IMG/VR virus record: IMGVR_UViG_3300025237_000002
Coordinates: 1 to 64,000 of that record
Length of the DNA: 64,000 nucleotides
DNA from: a virus
Strand: one strand, 5' to 3'
The position numbers and the translations under genes are program-made. Positions 24,861-35,678 of the stretch are shown here, one piece after another; positions within the stretch are counted from its first letter, which is position 1; each line of letters starts with the position of its first letter. The notes under the pieces are model-generated. The model had not been told where the DNA came from. It was given only the letters and a program-made list of their open reading frames with translations, and searched no databases.

Positions 24861-26377
24861 ATGAGAGGCACACTTGAACCACTTCAATTAGAAGAAGGTA
24901 AGTCTTACAACATTAAGACTTCACATACACACAATTTCAAATCTGGTAAAATTCACATTGATAAGGTTTATCCTAGTCCATGCTACTCTCCTATGGATAG
25001 TATGATTGATAATGCTGAAGATATGGTTGTTTTTAGAATTTGGTCCAAAAGACAACGTTGGGTTTGGTTTGTTTCAACGTATTGGGAAATATGTTTGTAT
25101 AATGATTGGAAATATGAAAAATAATTATTCATACACTTGCACACCTCAAATTAATTTCTTATATTTGCAATAACATATTAATTATGGTTTATAAAAACAA
25201 TTGCCAGGCTCTTAATTATTACGATGAATTAGGAAGACCTGTATATAAAAATAAACATCAATTCGCAAGTCATGAATTGGCTGTTAAAGCTTGTAAAATT
25301 TATAATCTTAAGGAACAACAAATTAAAAAGTTGGTAACATATAAGTGTAATATTTGTTTTAAATATCATATTGGTAGAAATGGTAATGACATTAAACCTA
25401 AGTATATTAAAAGAATAAAACAAGAAAACATTATAAATCGTAAATCCAAACATCAATTTAAAATAATAGGAAAAATAGAGTTATGAATTTTGAAAAATTA
25501 GCAAACAAGGTTATAAAACGTTTAAAAAAAGAAGGTGTAGTATGCTACCTTTGGCATTCAACCGCTAGTGCATACATTCGTTTTCAAGATTGTAGAATGG
25601 GGTCTATTAGACTAGGTGACCATAAAGGTCGTAGCCAATATGGTTATATGTGGAACATACGTAGTGATTTCCCTAAAGGTCATAAGAAATGGCACAAAAT
25701 TGAAGGTAAGTGGAGATTTTATGCGCACAGTGAAAATTGGATTGCGATACTTCCACATATCTTAGAAAGAAAATCAAGAGTTGAACAGTGGGGTGAAAAT
25801 AAACATAAATATTTCATACCTGAACATAAAAAAAAATAATATGAGTGATATGAGATTTAGTATCGAGGAAATTAAGAAGTACATTCTATCACAAGATAGT
25901 ATGGGAGATATTCTTTATAATTTAAACGAAGCGAAAATTATTGAAGCTAATACGATAAGGTGTCCAAATTGTGAAGTAGAAACTTCAGAAACAATGTTGG
26001 AGGTCTTCAATGGTAATTGTGAAACATGCGCTGAGGAATTAGAAGAAGATGAGTAATATGGAAACTAAAAATAAATAACGATGAATAACTCAAAGGAAAT
26101 TGAAAAACTTAAACGAGAAGTTGAAGAACGTAAATTAAAAATTGAGAGTCTTTTGACTAATCAAAATAAATTCGAATCTTTACCAGAGAACTATAAATTG
26201 GCTGAAAAAATTCACAGTAAAACTTGTAGTTGGAATCATACGGATGGTTGTAGTTGGGAATATGAAAATTGGGATGGTAAATTAAGACAATGTAGGAGCC
26301 ATTATGTAGTAATTGCTGATAGGGTATTAAAAAAAGTGCCTTATGAAATGGCTGCAATGACTTTAGATAATATATAA
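24861..26377 (+). CDS. Run of small hypothetical ORFs (24861, 25184, 25483, ~25841, 26081)
   Basis: Tightly packed + strand ORFs with promoter motifs at ~24836 and ~25160. Confidence 0.55.
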
Positions 26378-26787
26378 TGAAAATATTTAAAGAATTTAAG
26401 AATTTTGCGGTCAAGGGTAATATGATGGATATGGCTATCGGTATTATCATTGGGGCATCTTTCAACAAGGTTTTAAACATAATGGTAAAGAAGGTATTAC
26501 TTCCACCATTGAGTTACATATCTAGCGGTGTTAACCTAAGCGAGAAGCGTGTAATTCTTCAAAACGCACAAGAAGGTATGGAAGAGATTTCAATCCAGTA
26601 TGGGGCACTTATAGAAGCCTTCATCGATTTCTTTGTAATAGGTCTGGTCCTATTCATTGTGGTTAAAATAATGAATAGAATTAAAGATAAGGCTGACGAT
26701 GTTACAGATTTAACATTCAGAACACCTAAGAACATTCAATTATTATCTAGTATTGAAACTGAATTAAAGAAACTAAACGAAAAATAA
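26377..26787 (+). CDS. mscL: Large-conductance mechanosensitive channel
   Basis: KEFKNFAVKGNMMDMAIGIIIGASF; YGALIEAFIDF; C-terminal LLSSIETEL. Confidence 0.92.
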   Translation: MKIFKEFKNFAVKGNMMDMAIGIIIGASFNKVLNIMVKKVLLPPLSYISSGVNLSEKRVILQNAQEGMEEISIQYGALIEAFIDFFVIGLVLFIVVKIMNRIKDKADDVTDLTFRTPKNIQLLSSIETELKKLNEK

Positions 26788-26788
26788 T

Positions 26789-28043
26789 ATGAGCAAAGAT
26801 TTATATATTCAAAAGGGGTTAGTAGCTAATGAAGAACTATCAGGATTAGATTTTTCAATTAGAGATGACTATGGTTTTGATTGGGATGAAGGTGAATACC
26901 ATGAAATTGATAGAATAATTGATAAAGATATGAAGAATGCTTGGTATGTTGATACCACACCTATAAAAATCGATGATTTAGAAAAGTTAATAACCAAATT
27001 CAAAAAGAAAGGTGCAACACATATGCAAATATCACATCATGGTGACCATCACGGTTATGAGTTCTCTGGATTTAAGGTTGAATTGGCACCGCAAGAACTT
27101 ATCGATAGATATCTTGCTGAACTTGAAAAAAAGAAAGAATTAAGTAAAGAATTAAATAACTTAAGTAAACAAATGACAGTTATTAAAGAAAAATATGATA
27201 ATTTGAAAGTTTGATTTGGTTAAGTCAAATTTTTATAGTATAATTGTAAAATAAAATATCACATATGAAAGAATTTTGCTTAATAATATTATTAGTTTAT
27301 TTTGGTTACAGATTGTTTATGGGGTTTATTGTAGTATACAATTGGAATACTCCTGAAATGATTGAACTGCGAAAAGAAGACGATAACGATGATATTAATG
27401 TATATTACAAAGGTATTATGGAGAATTTAGTATTAATGAGTGTAACATATCTATTATATTAATATGGAAGATACATTACCATACAACAAGAAACTACTTC
27501 ATGAAGATGTGAAGTTCCCATTACAATGGGGTAGTGAAGAGTATAAGATGTACGTTTTTGACGCTGATATGAATATGATAGCACAAGTCGATTTAGATAC
27601 ATTTGAAGACCCCGCAGTTATAATTCACCCATTTGCAAAATTACTTGGTAACTATAAAGAATTTACAACCGCTGAAGGTTATCTTAAATTGAAAGATGGT
27701 GATTATCTTGACCCTTCAATTAATAAAGTAATTGGTTGTGTAAGAGGATGGGGAAGGTTACAAAAGTTAAAATCACCAAGAGGTGAAAAGAGGCAAGATA
27801 ACATTGCCGCCTATATTTTAAATGTAATAAACAATTAAAATTATGAAAGAATTTGTATTTGTTATTATAGAAATTAATGGTCGTGAATGGGGTGCTATTT
27901 TAAAATGGAAACTTAGACCTTGGTATTTAAGAATCTTTTCAATATACAAATATAGTTACCAACCATTTGGGTTATCCAATAAAGTTGAAGAACAAAGAGA
28001 TTTTTATAATAAATATTACTCAGAGATTAGTTTTGATAAATAA
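26789..28043 (+). CDS. Run of small hypothetical ORFs (26789, 27265, 27464, 27843)
   Basis: Packed ORFs. Confidence 0.55.
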
Positions 28044-28234
28044 ACAAATAAACAAATAAACAATTAATATGAAAAGAAATAAAATAATAATAACAAAAGA
28101 CGAAACACTTATCAACGATTATCTTGATAATGATTGGATAGTTAAAAGTGTAACGGCTCAACATTTTTCTTATACCACAAGTGTAACAATTACACATTTA
28201 GAAGAAGGTAATTTTTGTTTTCTATTAGAAAAAG

Positions 28235-29122
28235 ATGAATAATTGGATTAAGGAATGGGTGAATATGCCTCATTTTGTTATTCCAACTAGAGATACTGAA
28301 AAGAGGAATCAAATTGATATTACGGATGTTCAAAAGATTGCAGACCTTAACACAAGCAAGCAACCAAAGTATCCAATTTATATAATATCAAAAGGTAGAT
28401 TCAAATACCCACAGACAGCAAGAGCTTTAGAAGGTCTTGGAATTGAATACAAGATAGTTATTGAACCAACTGAGTATGATGACTATTCTGCGGTAATAGA
28501 TAAAGAACGAATATTAATACTACCTTTCAGTGACTTAGGTCAAGGTTCAATACCAGCAAGAAATTGGGTATTAGACCATTCAATAGCTAATGGAGATAAA
28601 AGGCATTGGATATTAGATGACAATCTAAATGGGTTTGGTTATCAAAAAGGAGGTCGGAGAATTACTACAAAGACTAATGGTGATTTGTTTAGGGAGTGTG
28701 AAGACTTTGTAGATAGATATAAGAATATCAAAATTGCTGGAATAAGATATAGGTTTAATCACAATTATGTGAAATCACCTTATTATTTGAACACTCGTAT
28801 TTACTCTTGTATCTTGATGGATAACACCATACAACATAGATGGAGAGGGAAGTATAATGAAGATACCGATTTAAGTTTAAGGGTATTGAAGGATGGAGAT
28901 TGTACGATGTTGTTCACTTGGTGCTATTGCAACAAGGCTGGAACGTTAAGTATGAAGGGTGGTAACACCAATACAGTATATGGAGATACTGATAATAGGA
29001 AAGAATTCGCTGAAAGTTTAAAACAACAACACCCAGATGTGGTAAAAGTTGTTTGGAGATATGAAAGATGGCATCATGAAGTAAACTATAAGGGATTTAG
29101 AGAAAACAAATTAATTAAATGA
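28235..29122 (+). CDS. GREB1-like / TET-associated (TAGT) GT-A glycosyltransferase
   Basis: YPIYIISKGR, ARNWVLDH, WILDDN, EDTDLSLRVLKDG, KGGNT. Confidence 0.75.
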   Translation: MNNWIKEWVNMPHFVIPTRDTEKRNQIDITDVQKIADLNTSKQPKYPIYIISKGRFKYPQTARALEGLGIEYKIVIEPTEYDDYSAVIDKERILILPFSDLGQGSIPARNWVLDHSIANGDKRHWILDDNLNGFGYQKGGRRITTKTNGDLFRECEDFVDRYKNIKIAGIRYRFNHNYVKSPYYLNTRIYSCILMDNTIQHRWRGKYNEDTDLSLRVLKDGDCTMLFTWCYCNKAGTLSMKGGNTNTVYGDTDNRKEFAESLKQQHPDVVKVVWRYERWHHEVNYKGFRENKLIK

Positions 29123-29616
29123 TTGAGATTAGAATAAATGATGAACAAAGACAAAGAGCTAGTGAACTATATGAATTTAACGTTTTAAAAGGTTCGGTAA
29201 CAAAAGGAGAAGGGAATGAAGTTGGTGCTCTTGGAGAAATAATAGTATTAGATTACTATGGTGATTCAGCTGAATACGTTGGGGATTATGATTATGATTT
29301 AATAATAAAAGGTAAGAAGGTTGATGTTAAAACTAAGAAACAAAATTTAAGACCAGCTAAACATCATTCTTGTAACATATTCTCATATAATACAAAACAA
29401 AAATGTGATTGGTATTGTTTCGTATTTATACATCAATCATTAAATTTTGGATGGATTATGGGATGGTTAACTAAAGATGATTTTTATAAAAAAGCAATCT
29501 TTAGAAGAAAGGGTGAAGTAGACCCAACATTAAATACTAATTGGAGTTTTAGAGGTGATTGTTACACTATTAAAGTACCTGAATTAGATTTATATAATGA
29601 AGAGATAACAAATTAA
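29119..29616 (+). CDS. PD-(D/E)XK-like nuclease
   Basis: GALGE...YDLII...VDVKT. Confidence 0.55.
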   Translation: MIEIRINDEQRQRASELYEFNVLKGSVTKGEGNEVGALGEIIVLDYYGDSAEYVGDYDYDLIIKGKKVDVKTKKQNLRPAKHHSCNIFSYNTKQKCDWYCFVFIHQSLNFGWIMGWLTKDDFYKKAIFRRKGEVDPTLNTNWSFRGDCYTIKVPELDLYNEEITN

Positions 29617-29822
29617 TTAAAGTAAGTCAGAGATTCTAACGCACTACGGTGAGGAACTTCGAGACACCACAGTTTAAGGTAGGAGACGAAAGTCGCACGC
29701 ACTACCGAGGGTGCAATTCAAACAGACTGAGAGGATGAACTGCTCTATGAGGTCGGGTATGAAGCAAATAGGTAAATGTTAGATTAAAACAGGATTTCGG
29801 GTAAGCTCAACTTACTTTAATT
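29615..29822 (+). ncRNA. rnpB: Miniature RNase P RNA (type-A-like catalytic domain, S-domain reduced)
   Basis: P1-P6 and P15-P17 pairings, CR-I-like GAGGAACTTCGAGAC, L15 GGGTA, CR-V-like ACAGGATTTCGG. Confidence 0.85.
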
Positions 29823-29838
29823 AAAATAAAAATACAAT

Positions 29839-30246
29839 ATGAATGATAATACAATTTTAGAACACTATGGTTGGACCATTGAATGTGAATCACCATTTGA
29901 AATACGACATGAAGATGGTTCGTTTGCCAGTGGGCAAGCAGCTTATACAGTTCTAATAGACTTAGTAGAAGACTATGAATGTGAAGTTATTAAGAAACCG
30001 ATTGAATTAACATTTGGACCTGATAATCATTTCGACCCTGTTGCAATAAAACATAACAATAAGGGTGAACGAATTGATTTCGCTAAAACGGTAAGATGGT
30101 TTATTAATAACGCTGAAAATTCTATTGAAAATTCTTACGATGAAGGTGCGCCAAGGCGTGTTGAAATGTATCAGTTATGTAATAGTCTTAGAAATCAATT
30201 AAAGGCTCAATTATCAAAAGAACAAATACGAGAAATTAAATTATGA
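29839..30246 (+). CDS. hypothetical protein
   Basis: 135-aa ORF. Confidence 0.6.
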   Translation: MNDNTILEHYGWTIECESPFEIRHEDGSFASGQAAYTVLIDLVEDYECEVIKKPIELTFGPDNHFDPVAIKHNNKGERIDFAKTVRWFINNAENSIENSYDEGAPRRVEMYQLCNSLRNQLKAQLSKEQIREIKL

Positions 30247-31013
30247 ATAGAGGTTACGGAGCAATATTAGGTGATTTAGCGGGGAAACCCTTTGAAAAGA
30301 AGTTTAGTATTAAGAAAAAGGATATCAAGGTTTACGCTGAAGATACAAACATTACTGATGATTCAGTAATGACATTAGCTACAATGGATGCTATTTTAAG
30401 CAACATTGATTACCAAACAGCATATCGCTATTGGGGTAATAAATACTTTAGTGATTACTATGGTAAATCGTTCAAGCTATGGTTGAAAGACCCAGCTATG
30501 AAGATGGATTCATATGGTAACGGATGTCTTATGAGAATGTCACCAATACCTCATTACTTCCGTAACAATGACTATTCTTCAATCATAGAATCAGTTGGTA
30601 GTTGTACAACTTCTCATAATCATGCATATTCAAGAAAGGCTGTTATTATATTGAATTACATTTATAATATGATTTATGAAGGTAAAACAAAAGTTGAGAT
30701 TTGGGATTGGGTTAAAGAGAATTATCCATTACCTAAACGATTTAATAAGTTTGTAGAGATAGATGCAACCTCACAAGGTACTTTACCTTACGTGTTACAT
30801 TGTTTCTTATCCACTACATCAACACACGCTTGTATTGAAATGGCGATTGGTTATGGTGGTGATACAGATACAAATGCGTCAATTGCTGCTGAATTATCAG
30901 CAACATTTTATGACGATATTTCGAAAGAAGATGTCGAGTATGTTAACAGTCATCTAGATGATTTTCAACTAGATACGTTAACAAGGTTTAATAATGCATT
31001 AAATGAAATTTAG
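30243..31013 (+). CDS. ADP-ribosylglycohydrolase (DraG/ARH family)
   Basis: GAILGDLAG, TDDSVMT, SYGNGCLMR, GGDTDTNASIA. Confidence 0.92.
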   Translation: MNRGYGAILGDLAGKPFEKKFSIKKKDIKVYAEDTNITDDSVMTLATMDAILSNIDYQTAYRYWGNKYFSDYYGKSFKLWLKDPAMKMDSYGNGCLMRMSPIPHYFRNNDYSSIIESVGSCTTSHNHAYSRKAVIILNYIYNMIYEGKTKVEIWDWVKENYPLPKRFNKFVEIDATSQGTLPYVLHCFLSTTSTHACIEMAIGYGGDTDTNASIAAELSATFYDDISKEDVEYVNSHLDDFQLDTLTRFNNALNEI

Positions 31014-31471
31014 AGAAAATTTAACAGAAAAGTTAATAGAAAAAGAAGTTCAAAAACGAGTAGGATTTAAGGTACAAGCGATAAGAACTCAATTTAAAAT
31101 GGGTTTGGATGCTTCTAAATTAGCTGATAAACATAGTTGGGGACATATACAAACTCGTGGCTTCTTAAAAGCATTTGAGATTGCACATGATATGATGGAG
31201 AAGGAGCTTACTATGGGTACTCCACATGATGGTGATTTTGAAATAAAGATTTGGAAGCGTAAAGAAAAGTTGGTTGATAAACTAACTGATAGACTTTTAA
31301 ATAGAGGTACTAGAGATTATGACCACAAAAAAAGTTTCATTAATGATAGTGTAGAAAATTTTATAGATAATTAAATTAAATGGTATAAAGAAATTTATAC
31401 CATTTTTTTTGTTTAAAACTTGTTTATGTCAATTATATTGTGTTGTATTGCACAATAAATAAACAAAAATT

Positions 31472-32269
31472 ATGGAACACTTGTATGACTTAAGCGCAAA
31501 CTCAAATCACGTTAAACTTTTTAAATGGCTTTGGGGCGTTGACCCAAGCATTAAATATAAAACCATGTGTCCGTACTTTTGGGCATTTGTAGGTAGTATC
31601 TTAATATTGCCGATTATTCTAGCTGTTAAATTGGTAATTTGGTTAATTAAACCTATTGCTACTTATTACACAACTTACTCTCAGAAGCAAATTGATGACT
31701 ACATCAATGGTCTATGTTTTAAATTAGATTCAAACGCTTATACCGATTATGATTTATACAAAATTCGTAAGTCTAAATGTTATAAAGGAAACCAATATAA
31801 GTTTATGGAGAGTGAAGGATATAAAACTGGTATGTATGATAAGATTGAAGAATCTTATGAGAATTATTTAAGATTATTAAATAGTAGAAAAGCGCAAGCT
31901 AAACAAACATTAGATAAGTTCAAATATGGATTTTTCGGTAAGTCTATAGGTTATATTATTGGTTTAAGTGCATTAACTTTACTTGGTTGGGGAGTACATG
32001 GATTTGTACATTTATTTACTTGGAGTCAATTTGTAACATTTTTAATTGGTCTTGGATGGGTAGTTTTAGGTATTGGTGGATTGGCACTTATTATAGCCTT
32101 AGTTATATGGATTAATGAAAAGTACGCTTGCAACTCTTTCATAAGTAGAATTGTATTCTGGAAACACATCGGTGATTTCTTTAAAGTAATAGGAAATGGG
32201 TTTTTAATTGTGTTTGATATGATTAAAAATGTATATAAGCAAAATTGTCCAATAATTCATTGGGGTTAA
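31472..32269 (+). CDS. Membrane protein
   Basis: Three TM segments; CPYFW and CPIIHW motifs. Confidence 0.65.
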   Translation: MEHLYDLSANSNHVKLFKWLWGVDPSIKYKTMCPYFWAFVGSILILPIILAVKLVIWLIKPIATYYTTYSQKQIDDYINGLCFKLDSNAYTDYDLYKIRKSKCYKGNQYKFMESEGYKTGMYDKIEESYENYLRLLNSRKAQAKQTLDKFKYGFFGKSIGYIIGLSALTLLGWGVHGFVHLFTWSQFVTFLIGLGWVVLGIGGLALIIALVIWINEKYACNSFISRIVFWKHIGDFFKVIGNGFLIVFDMIKNVYKQNCPIIHWG

Positions 32270-32270
32270 G

Positions 32271-33074
32271 ATGATAAAGCAATTCAGAGACGAATACGCT
32301 TGGTTAAGTAATATGACCCCTTGTATAATGACATACAAGGGTATTGAATATGCTACAAGTGAACATGCATACATGTCGGCAAAGTCTGATGATATGGAAT
32401 GGAAATCAAGATGTGCTGACAAACAAGTACCAGCAAAGGTAATAAAACGAGAAAGTAAAGATATCATTCTAATAGATAATTGGGAACTCTTTAAGTTCTT
32501 CGTAATGAGTGAGGTGATAGATATTAAATTTTCACTAGAACCCTTTAGAAGTCAATTGTTAGCTACTGGCGATGTTGGTATTGAAGAAGGTAATACCTGG
32601 AATGATTTATTCTGGGGTGTTGACAATTACACTCGTAAAGGTCATAACCATTTAGGGAATATTCTAATGGAGAAAAGAGACCTATTAAACTGTGAAGAAT
32701 CAAATAAAAAAACAAATATGGATATTAAAGATAAAATAGATTTTACAAAATATATGGAGTTGTCAAAACAACTAGATATTAGAGTTGGTATCATAAATGA
32801 TGCTGAAAAAATACCTAAGAGTTTCGGACTTAAATTAACGGTTCAATTCGCATGTGGTGATGATAATCATGTTACCAAGACAGCGTTCACTAACTTAGGT
32901 AAGACACACGAACCTGAAGACCTAATTGGTCTTCAATGTCCATTCATTGTTAACCTTGAACCAAGTGTTATCAAGGGTGTTACCAGTGAGGTAATGATTA
33001 TGGTTGGTGAAGAAATTGGTGGTGGGTTACAAGTTAATCCAAGTAATTATGTATCTGGAGCAAAATTAATGTAA
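32271..33074 (+). CDS. NADAR (YbiA) domain fused to a Trbp111/CsaA-like tRNA-binding OB fold
   Basis: WLSNM, EHAYMSAK, LLATG..IEEGN.WND.FWG, G.NHLG.ILM; then LDIRVG..., NLEPSVIKGVTSEVMI. Confidence 0.85.
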   Translation: MIKQFRDEYAWLSNMTPCIMTYKGIEYATSEHAYMSAKSDDMEWKSRCADKQVPAKVIKRESKDIILIDNWELFKFFVMSEVIDIKFSLEPFRSQLLATGDVGIEEGNTWNDLFWGVDNYTRKGHNHLGNILMEKRDLLNCEESNKKTNMDIKDKIDFTKYMELSKQLDIRVGIINDAEKIPKSFGLKLTVQFACGDDNHVTKTAFTNLGKTHEPEDLIGLQCPFIVNLEPSVIKGVTSEVMIMVGEEIGGGLQVNPSNYVSGAKLM

Positions 33075-33788
33075 TGTTAGAAGAAATTTTAGAAACATAT
33101 GAAGATGAAGAATTATTGATTGCCGATGGTTTTGATGATGCGGTTATTGGTATAGCAACGGACTTCACAGAACCAAGACTAATCTATTCAGTAAACAAAT
33201 GTATTGAAATCTTAATGAGTGATGGTACAACTAGTTATGAAGATGCTATGGACTATTTCACGTTCAATACATCTGGTGCTTGGGTTGGAGATAAAACACC
33301 AATTTGGTGTTGGGATATTTAAAATAAAGTAATATGAAAATTTGGATAACATTTAATACTGTATGGAGTTTACAATCTGGTGGGTTGGAGCGGTGTCGGG
33401 TATGGTGGCAAAAACCACAATACGTTTTTATTGATAGAGAGTTCGACTACGATTCACTACCATTTGGTAGCCCTGGTGCGGCAGACCAAACGCAAGGATT
33501 AACTAGGTTGGGTTGGAGATGTTCACAAACCAATGGTAATGAGACAGGTAGTGTAAGTTTAGGTAAGATTTTCGATTATAAGGGTGATATTTGTGAATTG
33601 GTATGGGATAAGCTATGTGAATTCTTTCAAAGCACCGACCTAAGACAATGGGATAAACAAGAAGAAGAATTACAACTAAACTCTAAAGATTTCTTATTAG
33701 AATTAGATGTTGATTTCACTTTAAGTAAATAAACCTTGTTTTTATCAATTATTATGTGTATATTTGTAGTATCTTAAAAAAGAATATT

Positions 33789-34400
33789 ATGATAATACAA
33801 TTAGTAGATAGAAATGAAGGTATGGTTGATGCTTGGACAAGTGAATTTTTTGATTGTAAAGATGTTATCATCTATCACGATGATTTCTTCGCTCCACAAA
33901 CAGACTGCATCGTATCACCAGCAAATTCATTCGGATTTATGGATGGTGGTTTAGATGGTGTAATTACCAAACACTTAGGACCTAACATTCAATTTAATGT
34001 TCAATCTAGAATTGCGAAAACAACAATGAAAGAATTGTTGGTCGGTGAAGCGATGTTAGTTGAAACTGGGAATGATGAGATTCCATGGTGCATTTCAGCA
34101 CCAACAATGAGACTACCAGCAACGAAACTAACGAATACACCAAATGTTTATTTAGCCGCTAAAGCAATTTTTGGTGTATTAAAAAATCTAGAAAATACGT
34201 TTCAAACCATGATTAAAACTGTTACAATTAGTGGATTAGGTACGGGAGTTGGACAAGTACCTTTTGAAATTTGTGCTCAACAAATGAAGTTGGCATATGA
34301 TGAAGTATGGTTAGGTAAAGGTACGTCACCAAAAACTTGGTATGAAGCGTTTGATACACAACAATTACTATACAGTGATATAAATAAAGCAAGAAAATAA
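33789..34400 (+). CDS. Macro domain ADP-ribose-processing protein
   Basis: IVSPANSFGFMDGGLD, APTMR, GLGTGVG. Confidence 0.9.
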   Translation: MIIQLVDRNEGMVDAWTSEFFDCKDVIIYHDDFFAPQTDCIVSPANSFGFMDGGLDGVITKHLGPNIQFNVQSRIAKTTMKELLVGEAMLVETGNDEIPWCISAPTMRLPATKLTNTPNVYLAAKAIFGVLKNLENTFQTMIKTVTISGLGTGVGQVPFEICAQQMKLAYDEVWLGKGTSPKTWYEAFDTQQLLYSDINKARK

Positions 34401-34673
34401 TAATGAACCCACAAGAAATTATAGAAAACGATAGAATGTTAAGTGCCATATTAAAAGGTTTAACCGATATGTGGCATTTCCAAGAAGAATTCCTAGCTCT
34501 GATAGTGTTTATCACTAGAGACTTTGATATAGCAAATAATACTGTTGAATACTTTGCTGATGAAGATATAGGTTTAGAAGAAGCATTGTTCCAATCAATG
34601 GATTTAGATGATTTTAAATCTATTTGTTTAAACAGTGAATACTTAGATAACGACAAATGTAAAGAATTAGTAG

Positions 34674-35213
34674 ATGAGTGTTAAGAATAACAGTAGATTT
34701 TTGAGTTTGGTTTTGAGACATAAACCTGAAACCATCGGTCTTAAATTAGATAAGAACGGTTGGGTTGATGTTGATGTGTTGTTAACTCAATTAAAAGAAC
34801 ATGACCGTGAAATGACGATGTTAGAATTAACTGAGGTTGTCACCACCAATGATAAGAAGCGTTTCGAGTTTAACGATGAAATGACCATGATTAGAGCGGC
34901 ACAAGGACATAGCGTGAAGGTTGATTTACAACTGAAAACAAAACGTCCACCAATGGAGTTATTTCATGGTACAGTGCCTAGATTCCTACCTGACATTAGG
35001 AAAGGTGGTCTAAAGAAAATGAAACGTCATGCGGTACATCTAAGTGACGATATCAAGACTGCTGAAAAAGTTGGCTCACGTAGAGGTAAAGAAATTATAT
35101 TAACTATTGAAACAGGTGCTATGTATGCGGATGGATTTAAATTCACCCAATCAAAGAACGGTGTTTGGTTAGTAGACAATGTACCAAGTAAGTACATCAA
35201 AATCAAAGAGTAA
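34674..35213 (+). CDS. kptA: RNA 2'-phosphotransferase (Tpt1/KptA)
   Basis: LSLVLRH, KKRFE, IRAAQGHS, FHGT, RHAVHLS. Confidence 0.93.
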   Translation: MSVKNNSRFLSLVLRHKPETIGLKLDKNGWVDVDVLLTQLKEHDREMTMLELTEVVTTNDKKRFEFNDEMTMIRAAQGHSVKVDLQLKTKRPPMELFHGTVPRFLPDIRKGGLKKMKRHAVHLSDDIKTAEKVGSRRGKEIILTIETGAMYADGFKFTQSKNGVWLVDNVPSKYIKIKE

Positions 35214-35678
35214 TGAGTTTTAAACAACAACTCATAAACTTAGAAAAAGAATACCCTATTAAAAATAGGGAATATTGGGTTAAATATGGTAAATTGCAAG
35301 AAGAATTAACAACAAGGCTTAAGGAAATTGACCCAACAATATTCCCAGACAAATTATTTTAAATTAAATAGAATGAAAAATAATAAATTAGATTTTGTTA
35401 ACGCACAAGAAATGATGGAACAAAATCCAAATACTTTTGAGGCACCAACATTAGATGAATTAAATAATATTCAACTTAATGATTTTGTAAAAGTGAGTAT
35501 TGGTGGTGAAAGATTTTGGGTATGTGTTGGAAAACTTATAACAGATGAAATAATTGAAGGAGTTGTTAATAATGATTTACTTTGTACAGATGTTCATGGG
35601 ATTGAATGTGATGACAAAATCATATTCAATAAGTCCAACATTTTTTCAATTTATGAAGAATAACAAACAGATAAATAA

